The notes under the pieces were generated by a model. The model did not search any database and was not told where the DNA came from. It was given only the letters and a program-made list of their open reading frames with translations. This document shows positions 9,211 through 19,655 of a DNA stretch of 64,000 bases, piece by piece. Location of the stretch: positions 96,001-160,000 of the forward strand of contig JBGAGQ010000004.1 in NCBI GenBank assembly GCA_044226625.1, given 5' to 3'. Each line of letters opens with the position of its first letter. The first letter of the stretch is position 1. Source of the DNA: Thermoanaerobaculia bacterium. GTDB lineage: Bacteria; Acidobacteriota; Thermoanaerobaculia; Multivoradales; UBA5704. Both the position numbers and the translations under genes were made by a program.

Positions 9211-11970
9211 TCAGAAGACTCCGTCCCAATCTCCTGCGACCGGTTTCCCTCCGTTCACACCGAACGTGAAGATCCAGTCGGCCGGCCCCGGCGTGTTCAT
9301 ATTCCGCAACTCGTGCACGAAGGTCACAGGGTTGTAGACGCCGATCGAATCCCAGCCATCGCCATCCCAGTCCCCCGCATTCGGAAGCAGACCGACTCCC
9401 TGAGTACCGAAGCTGAAGGTCAGATCCGCTCCACCGGACGTGTTCAAGTTACGCAAGTGGAACGTGCTGGTGGTCGGGTCGTAGAGACCTACCGACGTGA
9501 TCCCATCGCCGTTCCAGTCTCCCGCAATCGGCAACCAGGAACTCGCAGCACCGGTCCAGGTGAAGGTCAGATCCGCCCCACCCGAGCTGTTCGAGTTTCG
9601 CAGCCTGAATATTCCGGTGGACGGATCATAAAGGCCAACGGAATCCGAGCCATTGCCGTCCCAATCGCCAGAGATCGGCAGAAGGACGCCCGTGACGCTC
9701 GAGAAAGTGAAATTCCAAGGCGTAGCGGAGCTCGTGTTTGCATTCTTCATGTTGAATGTCGAGGTCGCCGAATCGTAATAGCCCACGGTGTCGATTCCAT
9801 CGCCGTTCCAGTCCCCGGTGAAGGGCAGGCCTGACGTCAGGTTCCCGACAAAAGAGACGTTCAGCGGACTACCGCTGCCCGTGGCGTGATAGAGGCGAAG
9901 CTTGAAATCCTGGCCATCCTTCGCATAGCCCACGGTGGATGCCGGCGAGGCCGAACCTACATGCACGATCTGGGACGTCGAGGCGCTCTGTCCCAGGGCA
10001 TCTCGAACTGCCAATTGAATCGTATAGTTACCCAACTGTCGGTAGGTATTGGTCTGGATCGGGTTGGAGGTGAAGCTGCCTCCCGGCGAGTCCGACCAAC
10101 CGACGCTGTACGTCACGGGTCCGCGATCGACTGCCGAGGACGATGCATCGAGCTGGCAGAACAGGCCGGAACAAGTGATCGTGAAACTGGCGACAGGTGG
10201 CAGACCGACACGCGCCAGGTGCTCGGCGAAGGACGCGCCACCTGCTCCCTGCACCGTCAGCCGAACGGTGAAATCGGCGCTCGAAGAATACGTATGGACG
10301 ACGTTCACACCGCTTCCCGAAGTGTTGTCGCCGAAGGACCACGTCCAAGTGTTTGCCCCGGTCGACCCCGAGCCGTCGAACGTACAAGTCCGGCCCGAAC
10401 AATAGAAGGAGAAGGCGGCGGTGGGCGGAGGAGGACCTCCCATCGATCCAAGCGCGGCGCGGAGATTTGGAATCGGGCCAATCAGCCGGGCATCCGGCGC
10501 CTGGGGCGTGCCGGTTTCGCGGAGGAGCTGGCGCATCGCGAGCGGCGAAATAAGCGGCGACCCAGCAGCGAGCGCCACCCCTTGGACCGAGGCGGCCGCA
10601 CCTGCGACCATCGGGCTGGCGCCCGAAGTGTTGGCAAAGTTCGAGGTGTAGATTTGGTTGGGATCTCCACCCCCATCAAAGATGTTGTCCTCGAAACGCG
10701 CTTGCCCCAGGGTCGTGATGAATTTCCCCCAACCATGCACGTCGATTCGCGAACCATAGTTCGAGGTGCAGATAGGTACACCGCCGGGTCCGTTGCTGGC
10801 GGCGACCAAAATCGCACCCGAGTCCCTGACATTTCGATCGAAATAACCGAAGTAGTGGGGCGGGTCTAAGCTGTTCGAGCCGTTGGCCGCTGCTTCGACC
10901 ACGATCGTTCCTCCCGCGGTGACCATCCGGATCGCATCGAACACGTCGGTCCGAAATTCCGCCGGCACGAGCTCTCTCCTACAGGTGCCATTGAGTGCCG
11001 CGCATGGACAAAAGGAATCGTAAATCCCGGCAGAAGTCTGGAGCTCGACCAAGACCACGCCGCCAACGCCCACCTGTTGAGCCGCCCTCAGAATTGCGTC
11101 CCCCCAAGGAACGAAGCTCGCTCCCTGAAGGCCTACCGAAGCCTGATTCGCGATTCCCGTAACACCATATCCGTTGTCGGGGGCCGCAAGGATACCGATG
11201 ACCGAGGCTCCATGATCCGAAGTTCCGCTAGACGGATTGTTCCCTTGCGCATAGAAGACCGCGGGAAAGTCTTCGTGCGTGGTACGCCAAGCGAACTCGA
11301 TATCCACGATCGAAATACCTTGACCCCGTCCTCCTGGGATCGTCCAGGCATATCTGGCGTCGATACCGCCGGACGAAGCCGAGTCCAGGTACCCCTGGTA
11401 TCCCTGCTCGTCGAAATTGGGCGTTGGGGGGGCGATATCCGAAGGTGTGCTCATAGCACCGTTGGCCTGAGCGATCTCGACGCTCCCGAGCGAGTTCAGG
11501 GTGCTCAACAGGTTCGCCACCGAAGTCAACGCCGAGCCGCCGACGACAGGAATTCGATAATAAAGGTCGAGGTCTGCCAACTCGAGGCTGGATCGGCTTT
11601 CAGCCGAAGCTCGCCAAGCGGACAAGGTCGATTCGCTCTGCGAGAACATCCGCTCGACCCCCAGCGCTGCCGGAGTCGATGCGACCGCATCTGCTACGGT
11701 CGAGAGGTCGGCTTCGATCGATTTGCTCGAAAGGCCGAAACTGGATTGACGCTCACTTTCACGACTGTCCGGCTCCAGGGCAACGAGTTGACCGTCGCGA
11801 AGCCGTACATGGGTTCCCTCTTGGAATTTGAGGGTGATGCTCTCAACAATTTGCGATTCATCGAGCTGGTTTCCTGCCGCCTTGTCGAAGGGCGTTCTCG
11901 GCACCAGGGCGCAAACCGGCCCAGCGAGTAGTGCAACGATTCCGGCGAAAGCCCACTTAGATTTCCACAT
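9211..11970 (-). CDS. Secreted S8 subtilisin-like serine peptidase with two PKD domains and C-terminal GDW(N/D)GDG repeats
   Basis: Triad motifs IVDIE, DHGASVIG, NTSGASP; AAANG; PKD-like 'WTWSFGD'; repeated 'GDWNGDG.D.VG.YD'. Confidence 0.88.
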   Translation of the reverse strand: MWKSKWAFAGIVALLAGPVCALVPRTPFDKAAGNQLDESQIVESITLKFQEGTHVRLRDGQLVALEPDSRESERQSSFGLSSKSIEADLSTVADAVASTPAALGVERMFSQSESTLSAWRASAESRSSLELADLDLYYRIPVVGGSALTSVANLLSTLNSLGSVEIAQANGAMSTPSDIAPPTPNFDEQGYQGYLDSASSGGIDARYAWTIPGGRGQGISIVDIEFAWRTTHEDFPAVFYAQGNNPSSGTSDHGASVIGILAAPDNGYGVTGIANQASVGLQGASFVPWGDAILRAAQQVGVGGVVLVELQTSAGIYDSFCPCAALNGTCRRELVPAEFRTDVFDAIRMVTAGGTIVVEAAANGSNSLDPPHYFGYFDRNVRDSGAILVAASNGPGGVPICTSNYGSRIDVHGWGKFITTLGQARFEDNIFDGGGDPNQIYTSNFANTSGASPMVAGAAASVQGVALAAGSPLISPLAMRQLLRETGTPQAPDARLIGPIPNLRAALGSMGGPPPPTAAFSFYCSGRTCTFDGSGSTGANTWTWSFGDNTSGSGVNVVHTYSSSADFTVRLTVQGAGGASFAEHLARVGLPPVASFTITCSGLFCQLDASSSAVDRGPVTYSVGWSDSPGGSFTSNPIQTNTYRQLGNYTIQLAVRDALGQSASTSQIVHVGSASPASTVGYAKDGQDFKLRLYHATGSGSPLNVSFVGNLTSGLPFTGDWNGDGIDTVGYYDSATSTFNMKNANTSSATPWNFTFSSVTGVLLPISGDWDGNGSDSVGLYDPSTGIFRLRNSNSSGGADLTFTWTGAASSWLPIAGDWNGDGITSVGLYDPTTSTFHLRNLNTSGGADLTFSFGTQGVGLLPNAGDWDGDGWDSIGVYNPVTFVHELRNMNTPGPADWIFTFGVNGGKPVAGDWDGVF

Positions 11971-12114
11971 CTCGACAGTCTCTCCGACGCGATTCAGGAG
12001 GGAGGATCCCTACCTGTGCCAACGCGAGGAATGACCCGGTGGAGCACTCCAGGTGTTACTTGCACCGTCCCATAGTCCTCGAGGTCTTGATCCAGGGGCG
12101 TCGACCTCAACGCT

Positions 12115-13749
12115 TCAGTGGCCTCGGCGCCGCCGCTTTTCTACAGCCATCGCGATAGCGATCGCACCCATCCCGATCCCGACATAGATCGCTCGAATTC
12201 CCACGCCCAGATCGCCGCCGAACAGGCTGCAGAAATCGGCGTTCGGAACCCGGTTGAGCGCGGCGTACCAGATCGCGAGGTAGAGCCCGACGAAAAGCTT
12301 GCCGCCGCCGGACAGACTACCGAACGCCACAGCGAGCGCGGTGACGAAGAAGAGCCCGGAGAGGGCCGCGAATCCGCGGGCCGGCGAATCGACGAGCGCC
12401 CGAAGAAGGAAGGGCAAGGCCACGACGCCGACGAACAGGGAGACCGAGCCGAGCTTCCACAGGACGCCCGAGCGCGGCACGCCGGGTTGGGAAAAGACGA
12501 GCGGCCCGGCACCGGCCAGCGCCTCACGGCAGGAGGCTTCGGAGATCGTCGTCCCGAGGAGCAGCAGGAAAGCCGCTCCCACCAGCGGCGCCGCCGCGCC
12601 GGGCAGGACGGCGGTGAGGATCGAAAGGAGCACTACCACGAAGCGGAGGATCGAGCCGGTCTGCCAGAGCAGCAGCGCGTCGGCCGACACCGCGGAGAAG
12701 GCGGAGGGGCGTGCCACGACCCCGGCGAGGGCGCCGAAATCCGGCAGCGGCACGGCCACCTCGGTCGCGGCCGAGAGGATCGGCACGGACGGCTCCCCCG
12801 CCGAGGCCGCTTGCAAAGCGGGCGCCTTCGCCCGGCGGGACGATCGCCGCCGCGCCGGATCGAAACGATCGAACAGCAGGAGCGAAAGCAGCAGCGGCGG
12901 GATCGCCCAGAGCGCTCCAAGCAGGCGAACCGCGACGAAATCAGGGTGGAGCGGCAGACCTTTCCACGGCACCGCCGGCACCACCCGATCCCGGTAGATC
13001 AGTCCGGTCGAGATCGTTCCCGGCACGACCCCGGGCAGCGAGCGGACGATCAACACGCTCACCGTGCTCCCCCCCATCGGATCGAAGATCGGCAGCCGAT
13101 CGCTCTTGCCGGTCGTCGGATCCTTCGCGAGGGCCATCGGCACGGCCGCCACGACGAGCGCGAGAAGGAAGAACCAGGCGATCCAGCCCAACCGGCCGGA
13201 CAGGAAGGGCACGACGTCGAACAACACCGCCATCGCCGCGACGAAGGCGATGCCCGGCAGCGTGAGCAGGACGAGCGGACCGAGGAACGCGACTGAATCG
13301 AACGGCCCGACGCCGAAGCGCAGGAAGTGATAGAGGCCGACCGGCACCACGAGGCTCACCACGAGGCCGAGATAGGTGACGTGAGAAAGGAACTTCCCCG
13401 CGAGATAGGCCCCGTTCGGCAACGGGGTTGCCGCGAGGATCGCGCCGATGCGGCGCTCGCGGTCGCGCCGGATCGATCCGGCGACCAGGTAAAACCCGAC
13501 GAAAACCGCGAGGAAGGCGCCGAGGAACGACATCGCGGCGCCGATGTAGGCGGCGTTGTGAACGCTGGTCTGCAGCCGGCCGTCGGCGAGCTGCCAGGAG
13601 ACCGAGGTCGCCTTGCCCCCCGGTTTCGGGATCCAGAAGTACGAGCCGAGCAGGATCGTCGCCAGCGCGACGAAGGTGCCCGCCGATCGCAGGCGGGTGC
13701 GGACCTCCGCCCCGACCTGGGCACCGATTGCGCTCCAAGCCGCGCTCAC
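12115..13749 (-). CDS. ABC transporter permease
   Basis: Many TM segments; 'RRDRERRIGAILAATPL...YLAGKF'; GTG start overlaps the ATPase stop (GTGA). Confidence 0.8.
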   Translation of the reverse strand: MSAAWSAIGAQVGAEVRTRLRSAGTFVALATILLGSYFWIPKPGGKATSVSWQLADGRLQTSVHNAAYIGAAMSFLGAFLAVFVGFYLVAGSIRRDRERRIGAILAATPLPNGAYLAGKFLSHVTYLGLVVSLVVPVGLYHFLRFGVGPFDSVAFLGPLVLLTLPGIAFVAAMAVLFDVVPFLSGRLGWIAWFFLLALVVAAVPMALAKDPTTGKSDRLPIFDPMGGSTVSVLIVRSLPGVVPGTISTGLIYRDRVVPAVPWKGLPLHPDFVAVRLLGALWAIPPLLLSLLLFDRFDPARRRSSRRAKAPALQAASAGEPSVPILSAATEVAVPLPDFGALAGVVARPSAFSAVSADALLLWQTGSILRFVVVLLSILTAVLPGAAAPLVGAAFLLLLGTTISEASCREALAGAGPLVFSQPGVPRSGVLWKLGSVSLFVGVVALPFLLRALVDSPARGFAALSGLFFVTALAVAFGSLSGGGKLFVGLYLAIWYAALNRVPNADFCSLFGGDLGVGIRAIYVGIGMGAIAIAMAVEKRRRRGH

Positions 13750-14636
13750 GACGCCCCTCCGTCGAGCTGCGCGAGCAGATAGGCGTCTTCGAGCGACGGC
13801 TCGACCGGCTCGGACCCGAGCGGTAGCGCGCGGCCGCCCCCGGCGCCGGCCGGATCGACGAACCGGACGTGGACCCCGTCGGCCCGCCGGGCGAGGTTCG
13901 CGACCGGAAGGCCCGCCTGGAGCGCCGCCAGCCGATCGCTCGGAACGATCGCGCGAAACACCTTCCCTGTCGCGCGGCGCAGCAGCTCTTCCGGCGTCGC
14001 ATGAACGAGCAGTCGGCCCGACCGGACGACGGCGATCGACGACGCCACCGCCTCGACGTCGGACACGATGTGCGTCGAGAGGATGACCACCCGTCCGTGG
14101 GCCACCTCGGCGAGCAGGTTGCGGAAGCGCACCCGCTCCTCCGGATCGAGCCCGACCGTCGGCTCGTCGACGATCAAGAGCTTGGGATCTCCGAGCAGCG
14201 CCTGGGCGATTCCTACCCGCTGGCGCATGCCGCCGGAATAGCCGCCGAGGCGGCGGTCGGCCGCGCCGTGCAGGTTCACCAACGCGAGCATGTCGCCGAT
14301 CCGCCGCTTGAGGTCGCTTCCTGAAAGGCCTTTCAACCGGCCGAGATAGGTCAGGAACTCCCGCGCGGTGAGCTTGTCGTAGACCCCGAAGTCCTGGGGC
14401 AGAAAGCCGAGCGCGCGGCGGACGACGAGCGGATTCACCACCCCGTCCGAACCCTCCCAAAGAAACGTGCCCGCCGTGGGGCGGGTCACCGTGGCGAGGA
14501 TCGACATCAACGTCGACTTGCCCGCGCCGTTCGGTCCCAATAGGCCGAGCACCCCTTCACTCACCGACAACGAAAAATCCGCAAGAGCGGTCGTGCCGCT
14601 CGGGTATCGCTTGGACAATCCCTTGATTTCAAGCAT
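13746..14636 (-). CDS. ABC transporter ATP-binding protein
   Basis: GPNGAGKST, YSGGMRQR, LIVDEPT; true start MLEIKGLSK inside the long 1080-aa track ORF. Confidence 0.93.
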   Translation of the reverse strand: MLEIKGLSKRYPSGTTALADFSLSVSEGVLGLLGPNGAGKSTLMSILATVTRPTAGTFLWEGSDGVVNPLVVRRALGFLPQDFGVYDKLTAREFLTYLGRLKGLSGSDLKRRIGDMLALVNLHGAADRRLGGYSGGMRQRVGIAQALLGDPKLLIVDEPTVGLDPEERVRFRNLLAEVAHGRVVILSTHIVSDVEAVASSIAVVRSGRLLVHATPEELLRRATGKVFRAIVPSDRLAALQAGLPVANLARRADGVHVRFVDPAGAGGGRALPLGSEPVEPSLEDAYLLAQLDGGAS

Positions 14637-14885
14637 GAGATCGAAACTCCTCCCGCGTGGCTGTACGGCGGGCCACGGGGATTGTTTCCCGGCGCGAGCC
14701 GCTCGGCGCCGCCCGGCCTCCGGAGCCCCCTCACCTTTTGTGGCCCCTATTTGAGATGACCTTGTACCACCTCTAATACCTGTCTCGCGCTCCGCCGTCA
14801 GGGCTCTCCAGAACCTCGGCCAGAGCCCGCGCGCCGCCGACCCGTTCGTCTGCCCGTGGCCCCTCGAGCCTCCCCAGGAGAACCC

Positions 14886-17597
14886 ATGAAGCTTCGCGGA
14901 ATGATCTGTCTCTTGCTGTCGACCGCCTCCTTCGCCTCCTCGCCTTTGCTCGGCGTCGAGCCGCCGCGTATCTGGATGCCCTTGCAGGGCGTCGGCCCCG
15001 AATGGCACGGCGTCATGCTCCAGCCGCTCGCCGACGGCAACCTCGATCCCCTCGAGTACGCCAACGGCATCAAGGTCGACCTGAACGATTTCTCGGCCAG
15101 CGTGCCGAAAGGCAACGGCCGGCTGTTCGTCGGCCTGTCGGACAACACGGCCGGATTCACCAGCCTCAATTGCAAGAAGCCGGACGGGCACGGCTGCCTC
15201 GGCGGAACGCTGTTCCTCGGCCTGGACGTCCACGCCCAATCGAGCATGATCGGCGACGAGGCCGGATCGGTCGTGGTCTTCCTCGACGCCCGGCGACAGA
15301 AGACGCTCGACAACCAGAGCTGCGTCGACTCGAACAACCAGCCGACGAGAAAGCCGGCGTCGGACGACCGGAAGATCCTCGTCTCCTACACGGCCAGCCG
15401 GGGCCAGGCGACGCCGACGCTCACCGTCCGCGAGTTCAAGGGCAACTGCTTCGAATGGGTCGAGATCACCCCGCCGGGCCTCGATCCCGCGCAGGAAGCC
15501 TGGACGGTCAAAGCCGCGGCGCGCGAGACGCTCGGCGCGAACGGATTGCCCAACTTCCTTCACTTCGAGCTGGCGGTCACCGCGCAGCCGCGCGGCAACA
15601 CGCCCCTCACCAGCGCGATCGTCAACGACCGGCTGTTCGGCCTGGGCGTTCGCCACATGGCGTCGACCGCGGTCGCGGTCACCTCGTTTGGTTGGTTCCC
15701 TAGCCTGGCGATCCAACCGCCGACCGAATTCGACACCAAGAGCTGGGCGACGATGGACCTGCACCAGCCGCCGCGGATCGACCTCTCGATGACCGCCTAC
15801 AACGTCGGCCAGTTGCAGATCGTGGGCGACGGTGGGCAGGGTGAGGCGAAGGATTTCGCCAAGCTCACCTACCGCAACGACATCATCTGCCTGACCGAGG
15901 AGATGATCAACTCCGAGCGCGACGAAACCGTGAAGCGGATCAACGACATGCGCGCGGCCGACGGACTCGATCCGATGACCCCCGTCTACCCCGGCGAGGG
16001 AGACCCGCCGAACAACATCCTGATGGTCACGGGACCGATCATCGACTCCGATTTCATCGAGTTCGGCCAGCTGCCCGAGGTCCAGACCTACTGCGCGGGC
16101 GAGTTCGACTTCCTGCCGATCTCGGCCGGCGACTGCAGCGGCGCGGGCGCGGGGCACAAAGGGATCGTCTGGGCTCGGGTGGGGGTCAAGAAATCGACCG
16201 CCGCCCCGAAAGGAGGCAAGACGCAGAATTGGTTCTCGGATCAATTCGTCGACGTCTTCTGCGCTCACACGCAGGCAGACTACGAATCGGACGGGGAATT
16301 CGCGCGCGACCAATGGTGCAGCGATCCCGTCGGCACGCCGGCCGCCAACTTCAAAGATTGCACGAAGGGAGATTTCGGTCCGCCGGGAGATCCGTGGCTG
16401 ACCAACGTCCGCCTGGAGCAGTGGCGAGGCATCAAGGCCTGGGCGCACAAGAAGCGCGCGGGGGGCAACGGCTCGCCGAACGGCCTCGACCGGCCGGCGT
16501 TCCTGCTCGGCGACTTCAACCAGATCGGCCCGAAGAACGTCTCCGCCTCCCATCCGAACGAGGACGTGGAGGATTGGATCGCCGCCACCTCCAACCACGC
16601 GGGATTCGGCAAAGAGTACTCGGACATGCGCGCCGCCCTCGGCACGCTGCCGATCTCGGCGTTCGACCAGGCGAACGGCTGGGCGTGGGACTCCTACGAT
16701 CTGATGGCGCGCGATCCGCGCGGCAGCTGGATCGGCGCGTCGACCGAGAGCGCGATTCCAGCGACCCGGGCGGACGAGTGCATGACCCAGGGGCAGTTCA
16801 CGGGCTACGACACGGTGAGCGAGCTGCCGAAGGAGGCGCAGCTCGACTACATCCTGGTCCTGCCCGCCGAGTCCGGTTTCCCCTTCTACAGCCTCACCGG
16901 GCCGACCTCGCAGCCGCAGGAGCCGATCGTCGAGATCTCGGCCAACCCGGGCTCCTGGGAAGACGGCCTCGGCTGCGCCTCGGATCACGCGCAGGTCTCG
17001 GCCACGGTCGGCCTAGTCCAGACGGGCACCTCGGCGCACTACAACCCGAACAAATCGCACCGCGTCACCTACCGGGTCACCCACCTGTGGGACTTCGCCA
17101 ACGCCGATTCGGGCAACACCGATTGGTACGTCGACAACAAGGACTTCGAGGTCCGGCAGCTGAATTCCGCGAGCTCGACGATCCAGACTCACGGACAGGA
17201 CTTCCCCGACAGCGTGGTGCCGGACGGCATCGCGGTTCCCGTCAACTGGCACGACTCGTTCGACCTGTTCGGCGGCGACAAGTTCCGAGCCGGCGTCTAT
17301 GTCAAGGATCACGACGTCGGCCCGAACGACCTCTATGACATGACCGATCTGGGCACCGGGTTCCGCGGCCCGCACTTCGAGTTCGACCATGCCTATCCTG
17401 GGACGTTCCGCCTGATCGGAAACTTCATGGATGCGCCGGGCACCGGACGGCTGTTGGGCACCGCGGACGCGAGCAGCGTCGATCCGGACGCCTCCTGCGC
17501 GCTCGGCTGCTTGGGTATCGAGACTCGGGGGGACGGTGACGAACCGGGTTACGACGGCCAGGTCACGCAGAACATCCTGATCGAAGAGATCCCCTAG
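14886..17597 (+). CDS. Secreted endonuclease/exonuclease/phosphatase (EEP, DNase I/sphingomyelinase-like) multidomain protein
   Basis: Signal peptide; ordered EEP motifs AYNV, DIICLTE, AHTQAD, GDFNQ, LDYI, SDH. Confidence 0.75.
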   Translation: MKLRGMICLLLSTASFASSPLLGVEPPRIWMPLQGVGPEWHGVMLQPLADGNLDPLEYANGIKVDLNDFSASVPKGNGRLFVGLSDNTAGFTSLNCKKPDGHGCLGGTLFLGLDVHAQSSMIGDEAGSVVVFLDARRQKTLDNQSCVDSNNQPTRKPASDDRKILVSYTASRGQATPTLTVREFKGNCFEWVEITPPGLDPAQEAWTVKAAARETLGANGLPNFLHFELAVTAQPRGNTPLTSAIVNDRLFGLGVRHMASTAVAVTSFGWFPSLAIQPPTEFDTKSWATMDLHQPPRIDLSMTAYNVGQLQIVGDGGQGEAKDFAKLTYRNDIICLTEEMINSERDETVKRINDMRAADGLDPMTPVYPGEGDPPNNILMVTGPIIDSDFIEFGQLPEVQTYCAGEFDFLPISAGDCSGAGAGHKGIVWARVGVKKSTAAPKGGKTQNWFSDQFVDVFCAHTQADYESDGEFARDQWCSDPVGTPAANFKDCTKGDFGPPGDPWLTNVRLEQWRGIKAWAHKKRAGGNGSPNGLDRPAFLLGDFNQIGPKNVSASHPNEDVEDWIAATSNHAGFGKEYSDMRAALGTLPISAFDQANGWAWDSYDLMARDPRGSWIGASTESAIPATRADECMTQGQFTGYDTVSELPKEAQLDYILVLPAESGFPFYSLTGPTSQPQEPIVEISANPGSWEDGLGCASDHAQVSATVGLVQTGTSAHYNPNKSHRVTYRVTHLWDFANADSGNTDWYVDNKDFEVRQLNSASSTIQTHGQDFPDSVVPDGIAVPVNWHDSFDLFGGDKFRAGVYVKDHDVGPNDLYDMTDLGTGFRGPHFEFDHAYPGTFRLIGNFMDAPGTGRLLGTADASSVDPDASCALGCLGIETRGDGDEPGYDGQVTQNILIEEIP

Positions 17598-17618
17598 CCG
17601 ATCCTCAACCCTCGGACC

Positions 17619-17661
17619 TCACCCCATCCCCTCTCCCTCCGCGGGAGAGGGGCCGGGGTGA
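17619..17661. repeat. REP-like palindrome/bidirectional terminator
   Basis: TCACCCC-AT-CCCCTCTCCC...GGGAGAGGGG-CC-GGGGTGA hairpin between convergent genes. Confidence 0.65.
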
Positions 17662-17668
17662 TGGCGTT

Positions 17669-18982
17669 CTAGCGCTCGGCGCGAACCGCGAGATTCGAGA
17701 AGCGCCAGCCGATCGGCGGATAGTAGGCGTGATCGGCGACGCCGGGCAGGCCGAAAGCGAGCAGGACCGGCGCGTCGCGATCGGCCAGGTCGTAGTTGAA
17801 GATGCCGCACTCGAACGCCATGATCGTCCGCCGCTGCCCTTCCGTCTCGGAGACGATCCAGCGCATTCGCGCCCCTTCGGTGTCATAGAAGATCCGGACG
17901 TGGTAGTTCGTCTGCGGCGTCCAGTCGCTCGCCCTCTGGATCGCCGCCTCGATCACCGGAATTCCCTGGTCCAGGATGCTCCGATCGCGCAGGCCGCGCG
18001 CGAACGAGCCGAAGTAGAGCGTTTTGTTGAAGCGCGGCCCGCCGAAGTGGTACATCCCGAGAAGGCCGGTGAAGATCGGCGAGTAGTCGCCGACGAAAAG
18101 GTCGTAGTCGATCGTCATCCGCCGGTAAGCCACTCCGGGCACGAGCGGAATCGGGATCTCCAGATAAGACGCGCCTTCGACCGGCAGGAAGAAGTTCCCC
18201 GGCTGGTCGAACGTCACCGTCTCGACGACGGGATCCGGCGCGTGGTCGAGCGGGAAGAGCAACCGGGTTTTGAGGGGGTCCGTGCCGACCACCGTGCCGA
18301 GCGCCCAGAACGGCTGGGTGCAGGTCACCCGCGCCGTGATCGGCGCGCCGTCCGCGAGCCCCAAGCCGGAGGTCACGTTCTTGACCGTCGCGTGCGAAAG
18401 AGGGTTCAGGTGGGCGACCAGGTTGGACCGCTGCGTGCCGTTCGCGTCGAAACGGGCGACGGTGCAGGTCGCGGCCTGGCTCGCGAAGTTGATCAGCTCG
18501 AGGTTCGGCTTGAACATTCCCGCGGCGGTCGCGGCGAGATCGGAAAGGAAGGCGGTCTCGGTCTTCTCGAAGCGGTTGTTAGGGTCGAGCAACGGCAGCG
18601 ACCAGGTGATGTTCTGGCTCCCCACCTTCAGGTCCCAGGTGGCCACCGTCGCGTCGAGCACGTCGTTGCCCGAGACCTCGACCATTCCGACGCCGCGCAT
18701 CGCCTCAGCGATCGACAGGGAGAAGGTCGCCCCCGCGGGGATCGTGTAGCGCTTGACCGGCAAGTTCGCCGTGCCGTTCGCGCCGCGCGGGATGAATTTC
18801 ACTTTGAGCGGGCGCGACACGTTGTCGCGGTTCTGGATCAGCAGGCGGGACGCCGGGGAGCCTTTGCCGTTCGTGTCGGGATTCGGCAGGTAGAACGTCT
18901 CGGCCACGGCGGGGAGCGCCACGCCAAGCAGAACCAGAGAGCCGAGCAGGGCAGGGCGGATGGGGCGGAAGCGTCGGATCAT
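17669..18982 (-). CDS. Secreted hypothetical protein (beta-rich)
   Basis: Signal peptide ending AVA-E; typical codon usage; no recognised catalytic motif. Confidence 0.7.
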   Translation of the reverse strand: MIRRFRPIRPALLGSLVLLGVALPAVAETFYLPNPDTNGKGSPASRLLIQNRDNVSRPLKVKFIPRGANGTANLPVKRYTIPAGATFSLSIAEAMRGVGMVEVSGNDVLDATVATWDLKVGSQNITWSLPLLDPNNRFEKTETAFLSDLAATAAGMFKPNLELINFASQAATCTVARFDANGTQRSNLVAHLNPLSHATVKNVTSGLGLADGAPITARVTCTQPFWALGTVVGTDPLKTRLLFPLDHAPDPVVETVTFDQPGNFFLPVEGASYLEIPIPLVPGVAYRRMTIDYDLFVGDYSPIFTGLLGMYHFGGPRFNKTLYFGSFARGLRDRSILDQGIPVIEAAIQRASDWTPQTNYHVRIFYDTEGARMRWIVSETEGQRRTIMAFECGIFNYDLADRDAPVLLAFGLPGVADHAYYPPIGWRFSNLAVRAER

Positions 18983-19140
18983 GGTGGGGGCTCCTCGCGT
19001 CAATCGGTTCCGATCCAGGGGTCGCAGCCGTCTTCCAGCCTATGGTACCGCCCGTGCGCCCATCCGTAAAACTCGCTCCGGGGCCGTAGCGCCGCCCCCT
19101 CGACCCGAACCACGACGCTGGCCTCGATTCCGTTCGACGG

Positions 19141-19494
19141 TCACTCTGCCTCAGGGGCCGGTTGGAAGAAGATCTCGCGCACCTCGAACGGCATGCGGCA
19201 CGCCTTGGCTCCTCGGAGCGCCCACGCCATCGCCTCTTCGAGATTTTCGGTCTCGACGATGGTAATCCCGCCCACCAGCTCCTTGGTTTCGAGATACGGA
19301 CCGTCGGTGACGAGCGTCTCGCCGTCGGTCTGCGGCCGCACCGTGCGGGTCGGCCCGAGGCCCCCGGCGAATCGCCGGACTCCTGCGGCGACCATCTCCC
19401 GATTGAGCGCGTGGATGTCTTCCACCATTTTCTCGTCCACCGTGGCGGGATCGAAGTCGACGGGCAGGTATCCGGCAAACAGGTAGTGGGGCAT
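19141..19494 (-). CDS. YciI family protein
   Basis: 'VTDGPYLETKELVGG..IVE..NLEEAMAWA...EVR' motif; RBS GAGGAG. Confidence 0.88.
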   Translation of the reverse strand: MPHYLFAGYLPVDFDPATVDEKMVEDIHALNREMVAAGVRRFAGGLGPTRTVRPQTDGETLVTDGPYLETKELVGGITIVETENLEEAMAWALRGAKACRMPFEVREIFFQPAPEAE

Positions 19495-19655
19495 GGCGTC
19501 TCCTCGAGGATTGTCAGGCGGGCTCTCGTGCCGGCCTCTATTCCATACGTCGAACGAAGAGGTCCGAATTCGACAAGGTGGCCCCAAAAAGTTACGTCTC
19601 CGCGGTCGCTGCCGACGGTTCGCGCACTCCGCGACCCGACGTGCATGACACCGTG

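Noticed and set aside
14637-16988. N-terminal extension of the 1080-aa minus-strand ORF
   Set aside because: Antisense shadow of the EEP gene; only the last 296 codons encode the ABC ATPase.
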